A stretch of 48,222 bases of DNA, taken from assembly GCF_001194135.2 (NCBI RefSeq), contig NC_068986.1:70283948-70332169 (forward strand), given 5' to 3'. A model generated the notes under the pieces. That model made no database searches. It saw only the letters and a list, made by a program, of their open reading frames with translations, and was not told the DNA's origin. The stretch comes from Octopus bimaculoides. Its lineage: Eukaryota. The stretch's first letter is position 1. Each line of letters starts with the position of its first letter. Both the position numbers and the translations under genes were made by a program. Below, piece after piece: positions 34,737-46,250 of this stretch.

Positions 34737-35858
34737 TATCGGGTCATCCCATAAATAATGCGGTTTTTTAATACTTTTATTTTTCAAAATTAAGATAAAC
34801 AAAGTTCATTTTTAATCTTAAATATACTCTTCATTTTCTACAAGGCACAATATGGTGGGTGGGAAATCGCTTCCCATTCAAACTGCTCTAGCTTTTGAAA
34901 TATATCATCCTCGATGTATGTGGCCGAGCATTATCCTGATTGAAGAACACCTTTCGTCATGAAACCAAACATTGTCGGTTTTCTTCTAGTGCTGACTTAA
35001 GCCACTCAAGCTGCTTGCAGTAGATCTCCTTTGTTATCGTTTGGTTTGGGTCTAAAGGTTCAAAGTGGACTAAGCTTTTCATATCCCACCAAACAGATAA
35101 CAACACCTTACGTGGGTGAAGATCTTCTTTAGCCTGGGGTGCCAGTGTTTCTCCTTTCCCTACCCACTGTCTTCGGCGCCTGACATTTTTATAGAGAACC
35201 CATTTCTCGTTACCAGTCACTATTCGGTCTAAAAAAAAAGGTTCATTCGTGCGACGTGACAGCAAAGAAGAGAACACGTTCACTCTCTATATGCGATTAG
35301 AATCGGAAAGTTTGTGAGAAACCCATTGACCCAATTTGCTGACATTTCCAATGGTACGCAGGTGTCGATGAATGGTCGAATGACCAAATCCAAGCTTCTC
35401 TGCTTGTTCCTCAACAGTTACGATGGGATTTTGTTCCACCAGGCTATGCCCAACGTCCTCGACGAGCTCTACACATCTTCCGGGACGAGGCTCGTCTTCT
35501 TGGCTGTAGTTTCCGGCTCGGAATTTCTGGAACCACCGTTGACACTGGCTTATGCTTATTGTCCGATCCCCTTATACTGCATTAATATTCCTCGCACTTT
35601 CCATTGTGTTGTTGCCTTTATTGAACTCATAAAAGCAAAATATGTCGAATATGCTCCTTTGTCACTTCCATTATAGCTGTGAAAAAATGACTGTTAAAAT
35701 CGAACTGCACTCTTCAGAACTTGCACTAAGAATAAGTACAAAGTAAAATTACTTCCTGCTTTTATAGCAAGTTGATGCAGATAGTTTACCACGTCCCACT
35801 CCGACCTTTAGTGCATACAAATGAAAAAAAAACGCATTATTTATGGGATGACCCAATA
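34737..35858 (-). mobile_element. Mariner of the same family as 21204-22482, with a ~170-bp deletion removing the third catalytic D region
   Basis: Same TIRs. VTGNEKW, VLLSVWWD, NQDNARPH. CCACCATATT joins GTGCCTTGTAG at ~34848. Confidence 0.93.
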
Positions 35859-35957
35859 TATATATAATCAAAATAAGCAACAGGATATCCAGAGGTGATG
35901 CAGTACGACCGTTTCAAGCGACTCCATTTAATTGAACAATGCAATCATTACATCTCA

Positions 35958-35988
<31 letters not shown>

Positions 35989-36256
35989 CTATATATATAT
36001 ATATATANNNNNNNNNNNNNNNNNNNNNNNNNNNNNNNNNNNNNNNNNNNNNNNNNNNNNNNNNNNNNNNNNNNNNNNNNNNNNNNNNNNNNNNNNNNNN
36101 NNNNNNNNNNNNNNNNNNNNNNNNNNNNNNNNNNNNNNNNNNNNNNNNNNNNNNNNNNNNNNNNNNNNNNNNNNNNNNNNNNNNNNNNNNNNNNNTACGC
36201 CTTAAGGAAGAAATAGTGATATATTGGGATGTTTGTTCCCAATATATTTCCTAAGA

Positions 36257-36499
36257 CAACGATCCTCAAATTTATTTTGGTGCGAAACCCATTTTCCAAG
36301 GTGGTCAGAGTAACTTTCACTCTGATTTTAACACGACATTAAATGAAACAAAACTTGTTTTAGAGAGAGAATATATTCATAGGAAAAACAATTTATTTTG
36401 AAAATGGCAAGTAGCATTTGTTTTATAAAATACTTTTTATTGAATATTTTGTCGCGGAACACCGGAATTTTTTCATGAAATCCACTTTGAGAAACTTTG
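36257..36499. mobile_element. Possible decayed hAT-type MITE
   Basis: Ends CAACGATCCTCAA / TTGAGAAACTTTG followed by CTCTAGGT (Charlie-like target). The TSD pair is not convincing. Confidence 0.3.
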
Positions 36500-36752
36500 C
36501 TCTAGGTGATAAGCAGCATAATAGAAGACCGTTGGTAGAAGCATACTTCTTGTTCTAACTTAAATTTTTATTTAATATCTCTCTATGATGCATATCCTCA
36601 AGATTTACTTCTATTTTTCTTTATTGTATTCTCTTCCAAAGAATTTGAATAGAAGATGTTGGTAGCACAGTGACAGCATTGATTTTCAAATGTTCTCAGC
36701 GAAAATAGCAATTGTTAGACTTTGTTATTAATTTTTTTCTACGACTAAAGCG

Positions 36753-36885
36753 ATGGCAGAATCGTTAAAACGTCGGACAAAATGCATTGCGACATTTCTT
36801 CCGGCTTTTACGTTCTAAGTTCAGATTCCATCATGGTCAGCTTTGCTTTCATCCTTGGGGGTCAATGAAATAAGTACCACTTGAA
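36753..36885 (+). mobile_element. SINE family B, degenerate
   Basis: GGCAGAATCGTT...AAGTTCAGATTCC...CTTTGCTTTCATCC..ATAAGTACCA. Confidence 0.7.
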
Positions 36886-38157
36886 CATTTGCAACAATAT
36901 GGCTCCTAAAAAATTGCTCTAAGAATTTGAAATCATTACATTATCTCTATTTTTTCGACTGACCCATCTAAAATTGCTACGTTTATTTTTCGGAGGTGAC
37001 ATCTTCCCGTATACTTGTCTTCCCATTTTGAGCGTGGAATGGTCTATATGCCCTTTCCAAAATTCTGCTTCATAAATATATTGCTTTAATTTTCTAACAT
37101 GACAAAATTATTTTCGGTCAAAGGGGTAAGGGATAAAGGAGAAAATGTTCCTATATTCCCTCCTATCCCCGTCGTTCAACAATTGTTGGTCGGGTAACAA
37201 AAGAACGTGACGTAATTGTCGGTGAAACTAAGTCTAAAGATATACAACTTTGTGACTCACAAAGCGTTAACATGAACAACAACAAAACCAACAACGAACT
37301 CAACAACAAAGCAAACGTAACGTAAAGTGAAATATGTTGGAGCTAAATAACCACAGGTCCTCATTTAGGATCCTAGTGAAGTGCAACGTTACATTAGAGG
37401 GCTATATATGGCGATTAGAAAGGGAGGGAACGACATAGCAAATTAAGTAAAAACAGCTGGAACAACCTGGGTAATACCTCGAAGGAATCAGACGGTGCAA
37501 ATTGTGCTTAACCAAGATTCGTACAACCTTGGCGCTTACTTGAATTCAAGAAGTGAAATTTCTAGACGCTGCCTTCATGAAAGAACGTTCGTTTTNNNNN
37601 NNNNNNNNNNNNNNNNNNNNNNNNNNNNNNNNNNNNNNNNNNNNNNNNNNNNNNNNNNNNNNNNNNNNNNNNNNNNNNNNNNNNNNNNNNNNNNNNNNNN
37701 NNNNNNNNNNNNNNNNNNNNNNNNNNNNNNNNNNNNNNNNNNNNNNNNNNNNNNNNNNNNNNNNNNNNNNNNNNNNNNNNNNNNNNNNNNNNNNNNNNNN
37801 NNNNNNNNNNNNNNNNNNNNNNNNNNNNNNNNNNNNNNNNNNNNNNNNNNNNNNNNNNNNNNNNNNNNNNNNNNNNNNNNNNNNNNNNNNNNNNNNNNNN
37901 NNNNNNNNNNNNNNNNNNNNNNNNNNNNNNNNNNNNNNNNNNNNNNNNNNNNNNNNNNNNNNNNNNNNNNNNNNNNNNNNNNNNNNNNNNNNNNNNNNNN
38001 NNNNNNNNNNNNNNNNNNNNNNNNNNNNNNNNNNNNNNNNNNNNNNNNNNNNNNNNNNNNNNNNNNNNNNNNNNNNNNNNNNNNNNNNNNNNNNNNNNNN
38101 NNNNNNNNNNNNNNNNNNNNNNNNNNNNNNNNNNNNNNNNNNNNNNNNNNNNNNNNN

Positions 38158-38220
<63 letters not shown>

Positions 38221-39278
38221 TATAAACATATTTCTATGAGTATGTGTGTGTGCGTGCGTATACATATTAGCGTACATACATACGTATGTATGTATGTATG
38301 TATGTATACTCGCATACTTGCAAATATATTGCCTTGACCTTTGATAGCGTCAAAGGGATACCAACATGATATATTGTGTGTATAGAGCGTTTTTAGACTT
38401 GTCAGAGCCCGTTTCTCTCCTGGTCTCAACCAGAGCCGACTTCTTGCAGAAGTGGGGAGATATAGACAGACAAACAGACAGACAGAAAGAATCGATTCCA
38501 GGAAAGAACTGGTACTTTATTCATCGATCTTGAAAGGATGGATATCAACTTTGTCCCTTTCGGTATTTGAACTCAGCGCACAGCGAACAGGAACAAAAAT
38601 TGCAAAGCAGTCTATCCAACTGTCTAACATTTCAGTAAATTCCTCGTCTCATATACATACATATATATGTATAGATGTATGTGTGCGTGGATATGCGTGT
38701 TCACACACACACACACACACACACTACGACGCATAGCGTTTTCCTGATAAAGATATAGTTTTTAACTTCTTTTCTAATGCGTGCTATGACGGAATTTAGC
38801 TGACAAGTATCTGAAAAATTAAACTATATAAATTGAATGAAGATGAATACCAAATCCAAGTTCATGAAAATAAAACGAGCCAGTAACTATATTTTTTACA
38901 CGTGTAAATAAAATATTGATTACTTCTAAGTCGTTTACCTGATATTGTTCAACGTGTATTGTTTAGTGTTTAGAAGGAGGAAATGCGTAATAAATGTCTT
39001 GCTGAGATTGTTAAAGATAGAAGAAAGAAAATGTAGGCTTTTCTTAGGAGTTTTCTTTCATTGTTACATTGTAGTTAAACATCAAAGAAATTGTATTACA
39101 GTCAAATAACCATCAATACAAAAATGTGTGTCAAAGGTATTCTGGGCCTTGGGTATTGTCAATAGAAAAGATATGATTCAATCAAGACTATCCTGTTGGT
39201 CTGTGATATGTAATATTGGAATATCTTTCTTATCTTGAAAACTATATTCTGTAACGTTGGTTATCTTCTTTCTGTTAT

Positions 39279-39665
39279 CATTTACTTGTTTCAATCATTG
39301 GACTGCGACCATGCTGGGGCAACGATTTGAAGGGTTTAGTCGGACAAATCAATGCCAGTACTTAATTTTTTTAAGCCTGGGACTTCTTCTACAAGTGTCT
39401 TTTGTCAGACCGCTAACTTATTGAAAGGTAAACAAACCAACACCGGTCGACAAACGCAAACACAAAGACGCCCCATAAATGTAAACATATACATATGCAT
39501 ATATCCGATGGGCTAGTTTCTGCTTCTGTCTACCAAATCCACTCTCAAGAGTTTATTCGGTCTGTGTCTGTAGTTGAAAACATCTGCTCATGGTGTCACA
39601 CAGTGGAACTGGACCTGGAACCTTGTGATTAGGAAGTAAGCTTCTTATCACATAACTATGTCTGC
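39279..39665 (-). mobile_element. SINE family A, older degenerate full-length copy
   Basis: Colinear with the other family A copies. Confidence 0.8.
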
Positions 39666-39744
39666 ACATATTTCACGATTTTCATTTAGTTTAATTCTTT
39701 AGTATGCAACATTTCCCGTACATAGCAAATATTACAGCAACTCT

Positions 39745-39965
39745 AAAGCGGTGATCTGACAGACACGTTAGCACACCGAGCAAAATGCTTAGCAGTTTTT
39801 CGTCCGTCTTAACTTTCTGCGTTCAAATTCCGCCGAAGTCGACTTTACCTTTCATTCTTTCGGTGTCGTTAAAATAAGTACCAGTAGAATAGTGGAGTTG
39901 ATATAATAGACTTACCCACTCCCCGAACTCGCTAGCCTTGTGCCAAAATTTGAAATCAATATTGT
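39745..39965 (+). mobile_element. SINE family B
   Basis: Head-to-tail match ending GCCTTGTGCCAAAATTTGAAATCAATATT. Confidence 0.85.
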
Positions 39966-40235
39966 GGTAATTCTTTTCAAGGTTTACTTTGTAAAGGACG
40001 TTGAATACAAGAGCGAAAAAGTGAACTCAAACGTGAAATTAAAAGAATGTCTATGGAACTAGAATGTGATAACAATGACATAAGTGTGGAGAAATATAGT
40101 TGGTTACCCAACGTATCCTCTGGACTGCACTGAGTTCAAAACAAAAACACGTAGCATTCCAAGTTCTATACCATCATTTTTGTTGATTTGATTCTGAAAT
40201 TATCTTTTAAAATAAATGGTCAAGTCGGTGCTAAT

Positions 40236-40552
40236 ATCATCATCAAGATCCCTTTAACTGATGCAGCCAGTCGTTGGGTTGCCACTTCATACGTTTTCAT
40301 AGTCAGCCGTCGCCACTGGTCTCTATTTTCTATCATGCACGGCAGGTTCGCTGTGTTGTGACCTGTCCGGTCCTTGATGTTATCAAACCAGGACTTCTCT
40401 TTCGCCCTCCCTCACCTGTGTCCTGAAGAATGATTTTGGACAGGGAGTTGTAGCAGGATACATGACCATATCAGGAAAGCTTCCGTCTCTTTACCTGCGC
40501 AAGGGGTGTTTCCTGTCTGCCAGCGTATTTGATGACTCGCTGCCTGACATTT
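40236..40552 (-). mobile_element. RTE-clade LINE 3' end with (GAT)n tail
   Basis: LAQVKRRKLS*YGHVS..SLSKIILQ..EGGR..SWFDNIKDRTG..NRDQWRRL, then TGATGATGAT. Confidence 0.85.
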
Positions 40553-40559
40553 GAGCACA

Positions 40560-40742
40560 AGTTAAAATACAAGAGGATCAGTTAATTATGATTTTATTCA
40601 ACATATTGCCCTCTCAGATTCACACACTTATTGCAGCAGTCCTTCAGTTTTCTAAGCCCTGTAAAAGAACACGGAAGGTTAGGCCTCCAACCAGGCCTTT
40701 CGTGATACCCTTAAATCCAGGAATTTTCAGCATCCCCTTGTA
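40560..40742 (-). mobile_element. Internally deleted mariner derivative (one TIR fused to the last transposase codons)
   Basis: TIR-like TACAAGGGGATGCTGAAAATTCC at 40742, followed by TGLRKLKDCCNKCVNLRGQYVE*. Confidence 0.65.
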
Positions 40743-41263
40743 CACAGAGAATTTTGTATTCATTATGTATACATATATACATATGTATACATATATATAT
40801 ACACATACGAACACTTAAACACGCACTTGAACATATTAAAAGATATCTCATTTAAACGTTTCGAAAACAACGTTTTTTTTCTGAACCAGAACGAAATTTA
40901 AGGAGGCTTGTATTTACATTAAAGATACTTAGTAGCGCGCGCGCGTATGCGTGTGTGTATACATGTGTGTGTGGGGTGGTGTTATTTTCAGAGATGAGTT
41001 TGCACGCAGAGCTCAAGTCCTCCGCAGCCATTTTTGAAGATTCAAAGAGGCACATGTGACGACCGTAGGTCCCTGACTCTATAAGTAAGTTCCTTTTATG
41101 TAATTTAATTTGTTCGTAAGATCGTTGTAAAATTATATGTCCTCTATATTTTTCACATTTGAATAATCTTTGGGTGGGGGGAATTGAACCACACATGATC
41201 ATATAAATATAGCTTAAGAAAAAAAACTATACATATACATATAATATGTATATGTATATATGG

Positions 41264-41295
<32 letters not shown>

Positions 41296-41409
41296 GATAA
41301 ATAAATTCAAAAATGGATAAAACTCTTTTACAAGAATTTTATCAAGAAGCCAGTGTGTAAAAAAATTCATAAGGGAAATTTCTATTCCCAAGAATATAAT
41401 TATTCGTTT

Positions 41410-41603
41410 ATATTTATATAAAGGGCATTATTACAGAAAAATAATAACGCCACACAGTGGACTTCTCAAAATAACCACATTTAGTACCTAATGCGAGGAA
41501 AAACAACCAACAGAAGATGACCAACTTTCTTTGAAATAAACTTAACTGAGAAGTCCACTGTGGCGTTATTATTTTTCTGTAATAATGCCCTTTATATAAA
41601 TAT
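41410..41603. repeat. Near-perfect 57-59 bp inverted repeat with 78-bp spacer
   Basis: 41410-41468 is the reverse complement of 41547-41603 apart from a 2-bp indel. Confidence 0.9.
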
Positions 41604-41620
41604 ATATATATATATATATA

Positions 41621-43326
41621 AACTTAGATAAACTTAGATATGTTTCGACCAAAGATTGGTCCAGGCCATGTCTAACTTAAAAGCACCACCTGATAGGATT
41701 ATCTAAATCCTTTTTACAGTCAAGTTTGGTCTATGGTCCATTCAAGTAGTGAGTTCTTATTGAGTGAGTTGTATCCAGGTATGGGTAGCTTGTCTGGTAT
41801 TCTTTGAAGAAAGCTGTCCAGACTCCATTTAAAGCTGATAGGATCCTTTTCCTCTTTTATCTGCTTCAGTACAATGTTAAACAGGGCAGGGCCTGTTGAG
41901 AAAAACAAATTATGCCGCAATGTACCTATATGTTGTGATTCTGAATTGGGCAGGGGACGTATGGCTCGTGGTCCGAGCCTTGGATGAACCTTGAAACTAA
42001 TGTTCAGGTCGTTTGGGCAAAGCTGGCGGTATATTTTCCACATCGTACAAATGATGTACCGCTCGCGGCGGCACTGGAGAGAGTAGAGCTTCAAAGCTTT
42101 AAGGCGGTCCCAGTAATCAAGATCAGTCATGCCTTCAATTCGTTTGGTGAGTGCCCTCTGGGGTGATTCAATCCTCGAGATGTTTTATTTTGTATGGGGA
42201 GACCACAAGGGGCAGCAGTATTCGAGGTGTGGCCGTACAAAGGAGGAGAAAAGTGGAATGATGACACCTTGTTCTCTGGACCGGAAGGTTCTTAAGATCC
42301 AGGAGCTCATCCTACGAGCTATATTGACCTTACTGTTGATGTAGGCACTCCAATTGAGATTTTTGTCAACAATTACACCCAGATCTCTAATATTGTTGGA
42401 TGCCGTGAGCGGTTCCCCTGAAGGAAGAGAGTATGGCTGTTTTAGTGTGGACTTTCTTCCAAAATGCATCTGCTCAAATTTTCCCTCATTCAGTTTCATT
42501 TTGTTTTTATCTTCCCATTGACTCACAGCATATAGATCAGTCTGAAGTTGGGTTCGGTCTTCTTCTTCATTGATGATTTGCTGGAGCTTAGTGTCATCAG
42601 CAAATATTTTCACTTTGCAGTGATTTACGACGCTGGAAAGGTCATTTATATAGATTATAAAGAGGAGCGGGCCCAAGATAGTCCCCTGAGGGACACCACT
42701 GGTGACTTTTGCTGGGCTTTAGTGGACTCCATCGACCACAACTTCTTGTGTTCTATTCTCCAGGAAATACTTAATTCAGTGTAGAAATTTTCCACGGATT
42801 CCAACATTTGCCAATTTTGTGAGTAAGATATTATGGTCAACCCTGTCGAACGCTTTACTGAAGTCAGGATATATGACATCAGCGTTCGAACCTGTTCCCA
42901 AGGCTTTAAGTATATCTTCAATGTAGTGTAAGAGCTGTGTTAGACAGTCCCTGTCACAGCGAAAGTCATGCTGGTTTGCATTTAGGAGTTTGTGGGTCTC
43001 CAGCAAGTCATCTATCCTTGATTTTACCACCCTTTCAAACACTTTAATGATGTGGGAGGTGAGTGAGATTGGGCGATAGCTGACTGCGAGGGATCTGTTT
43101 CCCTGTTTGAAAACCGGGATGACAGACTGGGATAGGAGCTGCTTCGGTATATAACCTGAGTCTAAAGAATTTCTCCAGAGGTTGGTCAGAGGGACTGCAA
43201 GTTGGTGTCTACATTCCTTCAGGAGACTTGCGGGGAATCTTTCAGAGCCTACAGCAGAATAGTATTTGACCTCATTTATTGCTGCTATGATGTCTTCGCT
43301 TCCCTTACGTCAATGTCAGTGGGGTC
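41621..43326 (-). mobile_element. 5'-truncated CR1-group LINE (RT domain to 3' end), frameshifted
   Basis: YRPISLTSHIIKVFERVV, NQHDFR, YPDFSKAFDRVDH, SGVPQGTILGPLLFIIYINDL, IFADDTKL, RPHLEYCCPLWSP, YWDRLKALKLYSL. 3' tandem TATCTAAGTT x2. Confidence 0.93.
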
Positions 43327-43767
43327 GTATATATATATGCACAACCATATATACATATGCATATTATATGTATACATATAGTTTTTTTTTCTTCCTGATA
43401 AAAAAAGAGCCCATGTCACCATTATATCTCTTTATCCTTCTACAATTAACTCTTTTAACAGATTCCTAATCTACGGAGCTAGGTCACCAGTTTTCACAAT
43501 GTAATTGTTAATTAAATTATAATTTTTTTTAAATCCATGTTTCATTACGGTAGAGGTTAAGTGGGTATAAAAGAAATTAAAGAAACTTTAATGGCTTTTA
43601 AAATAAAGAGAGTAAGAGGGCAGGAAAGAGAAAGAAATATAATGAACCTTCGAGTTTATAATGAAAGGTTGAATACAACAGGTGGTGATAAATTCCCAGT
43701 AGCAAATTCGGATTACGGTTTCGATCTCCGACTCTTTTTATTTCTTGTGTAGTGTTTAACGCATTAA

Positions 43768-43965
43768 AGACAGTGAGCTGGCAGAATCGTCAAAGCGTTG
43801 GAAAAGAAAAGTGCCACGCAGTTTCTGTTTCTTCTCTCTATATTCTGATTCTGAATCCGGTCAAGTCGACCTTTGCTTCTCATTCTTTCGAGATCGACTA
43901 ATCAAGTATTAAAGTCGATGCAATCGACTAAAATCCGTAAAATTGCTGAAAGTCCCTAAATTGAT
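43768..43965 (+). mobile_element. SINE family B, degenerate
   Basis: GAGCTGGCAGAATCG...GTCGACCTTTGCTTCTCATTCTTTCG. Confidence 0.7.
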
Positions 43966-43966
43966 T

Positions 43967-44178
43967 TCAATTTTTGGCACAAGGCCAACAAGTTCAGGGA
44001 AGCGGGTAAGTCGATTAAATCGACCCCAGTGCTCAACTGGTACTTATTTTATCGACCCCGAGAGGATGAAAGACAAAGTCAACCTCGGTGGAATTTGAAA
44101 TCAGAACGTGAAGACAGACGAAATGCCGCTAAGCATTTTGTTAGACATACTAACGATTTAGCCACCTCGCTGCCTTAA
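43967..44178 (-). mobile_element. SINE family B, tail-to-tail with the previous copy
   Basis: The reverse complement matches the family B consensus seen at 44630. Confidence 0.88.
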
Positions 44179-44239
44179 CTTGTACCTAAATTTAAAAAAC
44201 CTTTACTTAATCCCTGAAGAGTGATGGAGTCATATATTC

Positions 44240-44435
44240 CTAATAGCGTTGGATAAAATTAATTACGGTATTTATTCTTCTTCTTTACATTCTGAGTCCA
44301 AATCCTGCGAAGGTGAACTTTGCCTTGCCAGTTCACTAAGCAACGGCAGAACCCAATTGACCAATTAGGTACTAAGATTGATATAATCGGCTTTTCCCAT
44401 CCCCAAATTGCGTTCTTGCGTCTGTATTAGAAGTT
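44240..44435 (+). mobile_element. SINE family B, highly degenerate
   Basis: TTCTGAGTCCAAATCCTGCGAAGGTGAACTTTGCCTT...TAGGTACTAAG. Confidence 0.5.
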
Positions 44436-44629
44436 ATCATTTAGCGCCTTAAGAAAGACATAGTCATTTCCAATTGTTATTACCTCTCCAGTGTAAAACT
44501 TCGGCCCAAATTGTTATTATTTCTTCAATCATTCAATAATATGCTGTGTTTTTTAACTGCTAACATAGAAAATACATGAGCAACGGTTTTATGACAATAA
44601 GACCAACATCATTTAATATAAAGGGAGAT

Positions 44630-44848
44630 AAAGCGGCGAGCTGACAGAATCGTTAGCACGCCGGGTAAAATGCTTAGCGGCATTTCGTCCGTCTTCACGT
44701 TCTGAGTTCAAATTCGGCCGAGGTCAACTTTGCCTTTCACCCTTTCGGGGCCGATAAAAAGAACACCAATTGAGCACTAGGGTCGATGTAATTGACTTAT
44801 CCCCTTCCCCCAACTTGCTGGTCTTGTGTCAAAATTTGAAATCAATAT
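44630..44848 (+). mobile_element. SINE family B, well preserved
   Basis: AAGCGGCGAGCTGACAGAATCGTTAGCACGCCGGG...GAGTTCAAATTCGGCCGAGGTCAAC...CTTGTGTCAAAATTTGAAATCAAT. Confidence 0.9.
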
Positions 44849-45324
44849 AACGGGTGGTATAAAACTCGTTAAAATAGGTATATACTTGAATAAGCTATGT
44901 AGAAACAATTCTATTCTATAAAATGTGTGTATATATATNNNNNNNNNNNNNNNNNNNNNNNNNNNNNNNNNNNNNNNNNNNNNNNNNNNNNNNNNNNNNN
45001 NNNNNNNNNNNNNNNNNNNNNNNNNNNNNNNNNNNNNNNNNNNNNNNNNNNNNNNNNNNNNNTATATATATATATATATATATATATTGTAAATATTAAA
45101 CAATGAGGAGTTTCAACACCAAATTGGTGAATAAAGATTCATTTGAATATTAAAGCTACCAATGGTTTCATGTTTTCATGTTAAGTAAATATAGGAGAGT
45201 ATTGTAGTTCGCTTGAAGCATTGTGTATTAAGATCTTGACAATTTTTCAAGCCGATCACATGGAGAAATTGATGTTCGTGTCTATTTTGGATCACAATGC
45301 GAATATATGGGTGAGATATATTTA

Positions 45325-45382
45325 AATGGCTGTGCCCCAGCATGGCCACAGCTCGTGAGCTGAAACTAGTTCAATTCAATTC
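45325..45382 (+). repeat. LINE/SINE-type 3' terminal stem-loop with (TTCAA)n tail
   Basis: GTGCCCCAGCATGGCCA-CAGCTC-GT-GAGCTG-AAAC; same layout as the SINE-A tail and the CR1 3' end. Confidence 0.6.
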
Positions 45383-45406
45383 ATATATATATATATATAT
45401 GTATAT

Positions 45407-45515
45407 ATAGACTTTCTCACTTCCCGAGCGTTAAACTAATATATCTGCTTGTTGTTTACACGCCCGTCTTCGTCTTTTGTTTTGTTTATTTTTTAGTAAA
45501 TTCCAACTATATATA
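45407..45515 (+). repeat. Family F repeat, 3' part only
   Basis: AGACTTTC..GAGCGT.A.ACTAATATAT...TTTACAC homologous to 14259-14345. Confidence 0.7.
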
Positions 45516-45768
45516 ATGTATGTATGTATGTATGTATGTATGTATATTAATGTTTGTTTTTTAATATTTTCGGAGGGTCATTATGCCAATAATAATAAAT
45601 ACATGCAGTGATTCAATATCACCTCTTTGTTGTTAATCAATCGGTTAAATATCAAATCAACTAACTAACCGATCGTTTGTTTTATGCGTTAGTTAAACAA
45701 TCGATCGGTTGTTGGTTTGTCAAAGTCCTTTCGTTACTATTCGTGACCTCATCAATGACGTGTCATCA

Positions 45769-45809
45769 GACTGTCCGACGATGGCTTAGCTGGCCGAAAC
45801 TTCGAAGTC
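45769..45809 (+). ncRNA. Degenerate hammerhead-like motif downstream of a long hairpin
   Basis: GACU-GU-CCGACGA-U-GGC..GCC-GAAAC-UUCG-A-AGUC; hairpin at 45657-45720. Confidence 0.4.
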
Positions 45810-45930
45810 ACTGTCAGTACAATTCTTGCCAAAGAATAATAAATTAATACATAAAATATCACTTTTCAGCTATCTAATTATTTTATTTACTTATTGAATT
45901 AACTTATCCATTAATTATTGTATTAATTTA

Positions 45931-46250
45931 CTGGTACTCCGGCGGTGACGACGATGAGTATTCCAATTGATCCGATCAACGGAACAGCCGACTCGTGAAA
46001 TTAACATGCATGTGGCTGAGCACTCCACAGACGCGTACATTTAACGCAGTTGTGAGGGAGATTCAGCGTGATACAGAATGTGACACGGCTGACCCTTTGA
46101 ATTACGAATACAACTCATTTTTACCAGCTGAATGGTCTGAAGCAACGTGAAAAAAAGTGTCTTGCTCAAGAACACAATGCGCCGTCGGGTATCAGACTCA
46201 CGACCTTATGATCGTGAGCCGAAAACCCTTTTCCACTAAGCCACGCGCAT
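45931..46250 (-). mobile_element. tRNA-derived SINE family C
   Basis: Reverse complement homologous to 28696-29004. Confidence 0.88.

Noticed and set aside
41642-41670. Hairpin plus GAAAC at the CR1 3' end as a hammerhead
   Set aside because: No CUGANGA upstream; better explained as the LINE 3' recognition stem-loop.
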